DNA of 64,000 nucleotides from Poseidonia sp. (GTDB lineage Archaea > Thermoplasmatota > Poseidoniia > Poseidoniales > Poseidoniaceae), in the NCBI GenBank assembly GCA_965661285.1, contig CBFIDD010000005.1, forward strand, positions 41,480 through 105,479. The letters run 5' to 3'. Below the pieces are notes generated by a model, which saw nothing but the letters and a program-made list of their open reading frames with translations, was not told the DNA's origin and did not search any database. The position numbers were made by a program, and so were the translations under genes. Positions 28,335 through 37,300 of the stretch are shown here, one piece after another. Position 1 is the first letter of the stretch; each line of letters opens with the position of its first letter.

Positions 28335-30575
28335 TCAAGCATCCGATTGAACGGCAAGGAATTGCTCAATGATGCGCTGGCCTTGTCGTGAACCGATGGA
28401 CTCCGGGTGGAACTGCACGCCATGAATGGGGAGGTCGGGGTGGCGCAATCCCATGATGAGGCCAGAGGCGGTTTCTGTGGCGTTCACGAGCAACTTGTGC
28501 TCCCCGTCTTCAATGGCGATGAGGGAATTGTAGCGCGTCATTTTCAACCCCTGCTCGAGATCTTCAAAAATTCCTGTGCCGTCGTGGTCGATATCAACAG
28601 GCACGCCATGAACGGGGCCAAAGGGTGAGGAGACGACCTGCCGCCCATCGGCCAAGGCCAAGGCCTGATGTCCAAGACATACGCCCAGAACGGGTACTGA
28701 GAGCTGACCGTCGAGGGCGAGGTGCGCCAGGGCCATGGTCAGCCGTGCGTCCTGGGGGCGGCCAGGTCCAGGTCCGAGGATCACATGGGTTGGTTGGAGG
28801 TGCTCCAACACATCGTGCAGGGCGACCGGATCCAGCAACCGTTGACTCGCAGGGGAGCGTCCTTCGAGGACTACGACATCGCGTCCGGTTTGCGCGATGG
28901 CATCGGCGATGTTGAGCGAAAAGGAATCGAGGTTGTCAATGAAAAGAACACCCGCTTCGCTTCCTGTTGCAAGCGCCTCGTTCAATGAATGGATTTGACC
29001 GCAATCCAAGGTGGTCGGGCGTCGTTTTGGGGGCTGCAGTGGATGGATGCCGAGTGTGCCTGTCGGCAACGTGCTTTGCTGGGCTTTCATCCAGCCCGCT
29101 GCGACCCGTAGTGCAGCACCTTTCCACGCTGCTTCCTCCACCTCGTTTTTGGGTTGCGAGGCGATGGTGATGCCGCCACCAGCACCGACCGAGGCTTGCC
29201 AGCGTCCACCGTGCGTATGGGCCTCGAGCGTTCGAATCAAGATGTTCCAAGCGGATTGGCCACCGTAAACATCGACGTAGCCGATGGACCCTGTCCAAAA
29301 CGAACGCGGCATCTCTTCCAAACGGTCGATAACAGCACAGACGACGGTACGAGGGCAACCCGTGATGGAGCCGCCAGGGAAGACAGCCTGCAGTGCGCGA
29401 CCCCCAGCATCGGCAGGACGGCGCTGGGCCGTGATGTGACTGACCAGATGCTGAACATTGGCGTAGGCTTCCACGTCAAAACGTTCGACGTTGATGGTAC
29501 CGGGCTGGGCGATTTGGGTCAGATCGTTGCGCATCAAATCAACGAGCATACGGTGTTCAGCACGCTCCTTTTGGTCGCCGATCATCGATTCACGGTGGCG
29601 TGCCGCTTCATCAGGGGTTGAACCCTGCGGGCAGGTGCCCTTGATGGGAGAGGTTTGGAGGAGCTGGCCGTCGCACATCAAGAGTGATTCAGGAGAGGAA
29701 CTTGCGAGCGCGAATCCAAGGTCGTGCGCCTCGGTGTAAGCGGAAAAGGGTGCGGGGTTGCTTCGCATCAGGCGCTGAAACACAGCATAGGGGTGGTCGA
29801 TTTCTCCCAGCCAGTGTTTGCCGATGTTCACCTGATACACCTGTCCGTTCACAATACCTTGACGAACGGCTTCCACGTTCATTTCGTGGGTTTCGTCGGT
29901 GTGTGTCACGGCTTCACGATGTGGCTGGGGCGGTGAAACGACAACGTTCTGCCCGTTCCATTCCACATTGGGCTTGGCCGATGTGCACCATGTCTCGTCG
30001 CTTCCAAACACGTCAACGCTCCCGGATTGGTGGTCGAGGACCACCCCTCCCGTCACCAACCAAAGGACGGCCAGAAGTGCGCCCTCGTCAGGGGGATGTT
30101 GCAGGCGAAGGGGCTGGGTCCACTGCACGAGATCGTAGGCCAGAGCGCCGGACCAAAACGGTCGTTTGGGCAGGGAGGTGGCGTGGGTTTGGGAGAACGG
30201 TTCTTGGGGTGTTTCCGCCTTGAGTTTGGTGAACACGTCTTCGACGTCGCTCGCTCGCAAGGTCACGCTGTGATACCAAGAGCCGTGTTTCCACTCCTCG
30301 ACTTCGGCATGAAGCAGCGGTCGGTCATGTGTCAAACGAAGTTCACCCTCAAGCGGGTTATGCGCCTCGGCTGCAGGCAGGTACGTGCGTGATGGTTGCC
30401 GGAGAACGACACGTTTGGTCGGGGGAGACGCAATCAGCGAATGTTTGGCCAGGTGGGAGACCGGCCCACCGGAGACCAGGAGAACTTTGTCGGGGGAACC
30501 GAATCGGAACGCCCCTTCTCCCAGAAGTTGGTTGGCTTCGAGTTGGTCCACGATGGCCATCACGTGTTCAGACAT
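28335..30575 (-). CDS. pabAB: Fused aminodeoxychorismate synthase (PabB domain + PabA glutamine amidotransferase)
   Basis: 'SSSPE', 'PIKGT' (PabB-type Lys; TrpE has PIAGT), 'KERAEHRMLVDLMRNDL', 'FPGGSITG'. GATase motifs 'IDNLDSF', 'GPGPG', 'GVCLGHQ', 'QFHPES'. Confidence 0.88.
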   Translation of the reverse strand: MSEHVMAIVDQLEANQLLGEGAFRFGSPDKVLLVSGGPVSHLAKHSLIASPPTKRVVLRQPSRTYLPAAEAHNPLEGELRLTHDRPLLHAEVEEWKHGSWYHSVTLRASDVEDVFTKLKAETPQEPFSQTHATSLPKRPFWSGALAYDLVQWTQPLRLQHPPDEGALLAVLWLVTGGVVLDHQSGSVDVFGSDETWCTSAKPNVEWNGQNVVVSPPQPHREAVTHTDETHEMNVEAVRQGIVNGQVYQVNIGKHWLGEIDHPYAVFQRLMRSNPAPFSAYTEAHDLGFALASSSPESLLMCDGQLLQTSPIKGTCPQGSTPDEAARHRESMIGDQKERAEHRMLVDLMRNDLTQIAQPGTINVERFDVEAYANVQHLVSHITAQRRPADAGGRALQAVFPGGSITGCPRTVVCAVIDRLEEMPRSFWTGSIGYVDVYGGQSAWNILIRTLEAHTHGGRWQASVGAGGGITIASQPKNEVEEAAWKGAALRVAAGWMKAQQSTLPTGTLGIHPLQPPKRRPTTLDCGQIHSLNEALATGSEAGVLFIDNLDSFSLNIADAIAQTGRDVVVLEGRSPASQRLLDPVALHDVLEHLQPTHVILGPGPGRPQDARLTMALAHLALDGQLSVPVLGVCLGHQALALADGRQVVSSPFGPVHGVPVDIDHDGTGIFEDLEQGLKMTRYNSLIAIEDGEHKLLVNATETASGLIMGLRHPDLPIHGVQFHPESIGSRQGQRIIEQFLAVQSDA

Positions 30576-31317
30576 CGTGGGGCCTCACCATAGACCACGT
30601 GCTCTCCTCGGTAAAATGTTGGGCCAAGAGGTCATGACACGCGGAGGAGAGGGCCGTTGACGAACCGAGGCTTTCGCCGTCTAAATCGTTGATTCGGCAG
30701 ACGCCCATTCCCGTACCGACCACGATCAGCTCAGCACACCGAGCCACCGTTCGTTCGTTCAGTTTCCCCTTGATCACAGGAAAGCCAACTCCCGGGAGTT
30801 GCGCTTCAAGCACGGCGGCTGTGATGCCGTCCACGCCCCCATCGGCGGAGGGTGCAACCCATACCGTACCGTCTTCATCCAGGAGCATTGGTGTGCCTCG
30901 GTCTGCATCAACAATGGCGTAATCATGAACCAACATGGCTGCGTCGCAACCGGCGTCAAGAGCGGCCTGCGTGGCGCGTTGATAGCCCGTCCAATCACCG
31001 TGTTTGGTACCGTTGGTTCGCTCGTTCCATCGCGGCGCAGGTACGGTGATGGCCTCGATCGCTTCGTTGCGAAACGATAGAGGTCGCAGTTCAACCTTCC
31101 AGTCGCTTTCGGATGCTGAGAAGGAAACACGCGCCAGCCGCCAATCCGCCGTATCAGCGCTGGTCGATACGCTTGGCGCCTCGGTGGGCAAGGTGATTCG
31201 CAATCGTTTGGCGTGGTCTTCCAGTCGGTTTCGGTGGGCAGGCCAGTCGGCAACTTCCCCACGCTCGTTGACAAGCACCGTCGTGAACACCTCTGAGCGT
31301 GGTCCAGCGGGCGCCAT
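30568..31317 (-). CDS. pabC: Class IV aminotransferase-fold protein, probable 4-amino-4-deoxychorismate lyase
   Basis: 'VFTT', 'HRNRL', Lys in 'GTKH', 'DGIT'. Overlaps pabAB. Confidence 0.72.
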   Translation of the reverse strand: MAPAGPRSEVFTTVLVNERGEVADWPAHRNRLEDHAKRLRITLPTEAPSVSTSADTADWRLARVSFSASESDWKVELRPLSFRNEAIEAITVPAPRWNERTNGTKHGDWTGYQRATQAALDAGCDAAMLVHDYAIVDADRGTPMLLDEDGTVWVAPSADGGVDGITAAVLEAQLPGVGFPVIKGKLNERTVARCAELIVVGTGMGVCRINDLDGESLGSSTALSSACHDLLAQHFTEESTWSMVRPHDV

Positions 31318-31326
31318 GGTGTTCCC

Positions 31327-34300
31327 TCACAACAAATCGTCAAGGAACGACGTGTCAATTTGTGGTGCTTTTTGCGCCGGTGCTGGCTCGTCGAGCAACC
31401 CATCGAGAAGCGCGGGGTCAACCTGCGGTTTGAGGACCGGTTGAGCGGCTTGATAGGCAGGACGGCCGTAATCGGAGGATTGGATCTGGTTGGCAGCGGT
31501 GTAAATGTCGTTGGCTTGTTGTGTGGTGATGCCCGGCGGTGGTGCTGGCGCTGCCACTGGTGGAGCGGCTTGCGGGGCTGCTGCGGGCGTGTTCCAATTC
31601 GAATCTTGGATACCCCACGTCGCCTCCTGAAGTTCCCATGACTTCGACCGTTGCTTTGAGTTGCTTCGCCCGCGAACGACCAGAACGAGCAGCAGGACCA
31701 CGATGAGGAACATCCCCGCAGCAATAAGGTTCGGCGTGGTGAGAAGTGATTCCAGCGACAACGGGCTGTCCGAATCCGAGGCGCCATCACCTTCACCTGC
31801 AGCGCCGAGCGCTCCGAGTTCCACCGCTTCAACCGTTGATTTTGCCACGGCATCATCGTAGGGGACGACGGCGATGTAGTAGGTTGAGGCATTGGTGAGA
31901 CCATCAAACATGTCTTGCGAGATGAGCAGCGAGTTCGCCGAGGCGGTTTCGCCCACCATCGTTGCGTCATCCGTGCTCGTGAACATCTCTTCGCTGATGT
32001 AGACGTGGTAGCCACGAACGTTCGCGTTGACCGAATGTTCCCATTCAACGAAAATGCTGGTTTCTTCAAACCACGCCGCCTCCACACCTTCGATGTCAGG
32101 GAGGTACACGCCCGGGTCGGTGATGCCTTCATCGGTAGCGGCGCTGGACGCCATGGTCAGCCCGTCAACGTGGGCGTTTCCAGCCGAGTCCACGACGACC
32201 ACGGCGACCCAGACCTCTTGTCCGGGTATGACGGGGATGTCGCCTGCCAAGAGGTCAATGACCAACGGAAGTTCAGGGGTTCGGTCGAGTGTCGCAACCG
32301 GGTTGAGCGCCATTTGGGTACCTTCCTGGCCAACGCTTCCCTCAAAGTTGAAGCTCTCCGCATAGACGAGATACTGCGAGGCATCATCGGCTTCAGACAG
32401 GTCGAATGAGAGCAGCAAGGCACGACCATCATCGTTTGGCCGGTCGGTGAGTGTGAGGTCCTCAAGTCGGTCGGGGGCGATGTTGTCGTTGATGTTGTCA
32501 ATTGGCGTGACGCTCACTTGGGTGAGGTCCGTGAGATGGACGTTACCTTTCAGGTCGTGAACGGTCACGGCCACGTAGAGTTCCACATCCGGTTGAATCA
32601 AGCCGGGTGTGCCCTGTGAGAGGTCGTTGCCACTTTTGACGTAGAGTGCGGTTGAAATCGTGAGTTCAATCGGATTGGTACGTTCGTCGATCCATTGTTT
32701 GTCGAAGGTGAAGCACCCGCAGACGTTCGCATTGTTGCCAAAGGCAGCGTACGCCAGGGAGAGGTCCTCAACCGGGGCATTGGCGACCCAAACCGTGTAG
32801 GAAGCGAAATCCTCGACCGTTGATGGCTCCCATACTACATCGATGGCCGTCCCATCGTCGTTGGCGTGGTCAAACGCCATCAAGGACGTAATTCGTGGCG
32901 GCGTGGTGCCTTGGCCGATGATGTTCTGGAGCGGTGTGGCGGTCACCAGCACGACCTCGTCGGCGTTGCCGTTGAGCCAAACGTCGTAAGCGACCACACC
33001 AACGGTGTAGATTTGACCGTCGATGAGCGGGACGCCGTCCAACGAGGAGATGATGGTTTGATTTTCATCGCAGGGGTTGACCACCGCTGCTTGGGAGAAA
33101 CCGTCCACGGCACCCACGTCGTCCGAAGTGTGATCGCCCTGTTTCATGAACACCGTGTAGAAGGCGCAGTCTTCGGCCGTGCTGATGTTCCAACTGACAG
33201 CGATACGCCCGCCTTCGTCATCTGGGACATCGCTGGCTTCGGTTCCTTCCACCGGAGCGGGAGCATCGTTGTCGTTGAGTTCGCCGGTGGGGACCACAGG
33301 TCCAACAATGGTCACGTTGGAGAGGTTCTCTTGACCCGCTTCGTCAACGCACGTAAATCCAATCCACACGGGAACACCGGGGGTTTGTGAGATGACCGAC
33401 TGATTGCCTTCGTTGGGTGCGTACGATGTGTAGGGCGTGCGACCGAGTGCATCCAACATCGGTGTGGTCGACACATACACGTTGGTGGTCGCCAAATCGA
33501 GCGCCGTGCATCGGGCCCATTCGAGTTCGATGTCGCCGTCATCGCCGTTGCTGCCCATGGCGCTGGCCGCGGCCCACAGCGGTGCGCCGGGGATCTCATC
33601 GCTGGGTGAAGCCGGTCCGAACGGTGGCGAAATCTTCCCCCATCGTCCGTCGGTGTATTCAGCCACCACGACACTGTAGTAGTCCGTTCCGTCCTTGAGC
33701 GGAACGCCGTTGGCTGTTTCAATGTCGGCTCCTAGACGGCTGTGAAGCGAAATGGCCTTGTCTGGCGTTTGGCCGAGCAGGTCAAGTTCCGTCGGGGCTG
33801 TCGCCCACGGACCCTCGTTGAGGAAGACGAGGTAGCGAGCGAAGTCCTCATCGTGAACCAACGACCACGAAGCGCTTAACACGCTTCCACCGTCGTCCGG
33901 GCGGTCTTCTAGGCCCACCATGGTGACGGGCGTATCGCTGCGAACGTAATCGTAGGTCAATCGGGCTTCGAGCGAACCGTTTGCAGGTGAAAACAGGCGA
34001 AGGGTAACGTGTCGGGTGTTGTTGTACAGCATCCCGTTGTCCACGGCATCTTGGAGGTTGAGCGAGAGTGATGGGTCTTGGCTGAGATTCAGGAGTACAT
34101 CGTATTCCAACGCCACCGATTTGGCCCAAACCGCTGCTCCGGTGACCGGGGAGGTCAACACAACCGGGACGTTTTGGAACAAAAGGCCGTGAATTCCCGG
34201 CGTTCCTACCGTATTGTCAAGGCTGTAGGCGCCGTTAGGGTCGGCGAGGTCAAGGGACATGCCAGGATGGGTCATGGCGGTGATGTCCAGACCGCCGTTG

Positions 34301-37300
34301 TTGAGGGTCCGGACGGTCAGCGGTGAGGCTCGACGCATTGAGGTGGCGTCCACGGGCGCAAACTGGCCTGTTCGGTCCCACCCCTGAAGACCTTCTTCTG
34401 TGATGGCCCAGATGTGGTTAGCCCCCAACGTCCCCATGTCAGCCTCCATGGCGCTGAGGAAGGTCGTGACAGAATGTGCGCTCGAACGAGCCTCGGAGAG
34501 CATGATGTTGTTTTGAGAGCCAACGGAAAGGACGTCCTCTCCATCGCTCATCATGTGGATAACAGGATATTGAATTTGGAAGGAAGATGTACCGTCCTCG
34601 AAATCACCGCTCGAAGCGTTCCAGTGGGTCAACGGACCCACATCGGTGGCCATGTGGATACCCCACCAGTCAGCCGCCAGAGCCGTCACGGTGTTCGAAG
34701 GCAACTGGTCGAAGCGATGGGTGGAACTGACCTGGAGAGAGCTGGGGTCGACCAGCGACACACCGGGGCGGTCGGTTGCACTGCGTCCGTCATGTCCGAC
34801 GATGAGCGTGGAGGCGCCGAGGTTGTTCGTGGTGACGGCGAGTCCCCATGCCGATTGGCCCATCAAACCGTTCGCTTTGGTCAGCGTTGTACCGCTCTGG
34901 GTGGATGGGTCCCAGACAAAGAGACCCGAAGGCGTTGCCATGTAGACGGTTGAACCGATGACCACAACATCTTCCACGACGTTGGTGGGGAGTCCGTTGG
35001 AGGCGGTGATGGAATCCATCCAGTCGTTGGTGCTGTAGTTCCAACGTCCCACGCCACCGTCGGTGGCGATGTAGAGCACGCCCGTGCTGTCGGCAAAGCC
35101 GTTGACGATGTTTGACGGCAGGCCGGCGATGAGGCGTCCGTTCCCGAACTGGTCGGTGTTCGGATTGAACATCTGTACGCCGGGTGGGCTTCCACCATCA
35201 CCGGCAAGGCCAATCACAACTTGACTGTTGTAGGTGTGCATCGTGTCGAATTTTGTATGGAGTGATCCACCGATGCTGGAGATAAGCTTGGTCGTGGTGT
35301 CGAGTTTGAGCATGCCGCCGGGAGAAGAAGCGATGTACAAATCCGTGCCGTGAAGATGAAGGTCGCTGGCCACCGTGTTGCCAGGGAGGGTCCAGCCGTA
35401 TTGCCATTCAACCGTTCCGTTGGGCAGGAAGGTCCCCTGGAGCAAGCCGGTTCCGGTGCCGCCAAAGTTTCCTGTGGTGGCCGATGTTCCGGTTGAAACC
35501 CACAGGTGCGTGGCGTTGGCCACCATCGTGGGCACTTGGCCGCTGACCAGTCCCGGTAGGTCGACGACCGTTTGCCGTCCTGAAGACGAAAGGGTGGCGA
35601 CTTCGCTGTAGCCGGAAGAGCCACCGGCTCGCCCGATGAGCCACTCGGACGAACCACTGAGCCACTGCAAGGATGTCACAGGGGAACCTGCACCTTGGAT
35701 TTGCGCTTGGAGGGCCGTGGCACCGCTGGCCACCAAGGTTGAGTATCCTCCTGCGATGAGGTTTGAGCCCGAGTTTCCAACGGCATGGCCGACGATGAGT
35801 TGTGTGCCCGAGTGTGAGAGGGCGTCGTACCACACGCGGTCGCTGGGAAGGTTGTGGCTTGATGTGGTGAGACTGGAGAGGAAGGCCGACGTTGTGTAGC
35901 TGTAGCGGCTGATGGGTTGGTTGTCGGCGTAGTAGCCGATGTAGAGCGTGTCTTGGTTGTCGCAGGTGACCGAGGCCGGGCCGAACCCGTCAAGTTGACT
36001 GCGGTCAAAGCCTGCATTCACCGTGGCGTTTTGCAGGTCGATGCGGGCAATACCGCCGTTGTTGTTGTACATGGCGATGTTGAGCATGCCGCCGCACATC
36101 TCCATGGAAATGGGGTAGCCGTCGGGGATGTTGTTGTTGGAATCGGCAGGGTAAGCCGTCCACGCACCGGCACCGTTGCGGTGCGAGATGATGCCTTCGT
36201 TGAACTGCCCAAATCTGTTGAAATCCGCACCGCCAACCACCAAGTGCGTGCCGTCGGTCCACAATTCGTAAAAGATATCGCCGGCGTTGCTGGGCAGCCC
36301 GTTTCCGGCCTCCCACGTGGTGTTCCACGTGTTGGTGTTCTCGTTGTACCGTTCCACGCCGTCCTCGGTCGCAAAGAGCGTCTCGCCGTTGTGCTCCACG
36401 ATGCCCCGTATAGGGAAGCCAAGGTTGGTCCACGAATTCACGAGGTTTTGGCTGCTGTCGTAAAGTTCCAGTTTCAACTCGCCCCACGAAACCCACGTGT
36501 TGCCGTTCGTGGATTCATACGCCGTAACACGGTCGATGGAACCCGTTGGCAGAATGTTCCCTTCCCACGAGGAGTTGGTGGTGTTCCATCGGGCGATACC
36601 GCCAGAACCGTCGCTGTTCCACCACTGGCCGGACACCACGCTCACCATGAGCGTATCACCCGACAATTCCATGCTGACGATGTCGCCGCCGTTCTGACCG
36701 ACCTGGGCGCCGATGTCGAGGTTGGTCAAGGCAGTCAGATTGGCCACGTCGAGCCGGCTGACTTCATCGCTCTGGTCGCCCGCATGGTAGTACAGGATGT
36801 TGTTGTGAATCATCATGTCTCGTGGGGCGCCGTTGGCGTTGTACAGGCTGCTGGAACGCTCGATATCGTAAGCCTCGCCCCCAGTTGTGACATTGATGAG
36901 TTGGAACCCATCATCACCACCCACCCACAGAAGGTTGGGGCGGATGTCAGCCACCAGTCCGGTGACATCGTCGTTGCCGCCGTCGAGCACACCGTTGTCT
37001 TCGGTGAAGGGTGTGAGCCACTGGTTGTTGGTGATGTCGTAGCGCAAGACGCCGAGGCCCTCGGTGCCGATGTAAGCGATATTACCCATGATTTCGACCA
37101 CGGCGTTGCCCGTTTGGGTGCCCTGGCCCCAATTCTCATCGTGTTGGAAATTGGATTTCGTGATGAGACCCACACCCGAATTGGTGCCGCCGTACACGTA
37201 GGTGCTGTCGAAGCCCACGCTGTAGGTGGCCCAGTTGGGCATGCCGTCGTAGACGTTCTGACAGTCGTCAATGCTCATGGTGGCGATGCTGTATTTGCAG

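Noticed and set aside
28335-30575. Anthranilate synthase TrpEG
   Set aside because: The PIKGT lysine and the adjacent PabC-like gene favour ADC synthase, and no other trp genes are nearby.
30774-32132. 452-aa minus-strand ORF spanning the giant gene end and pabC (possible frameshift fusion)
   Set aside because: It is an off-frame Arg/Pro-rich translation, both real genes are intact, and I see no slippery site.
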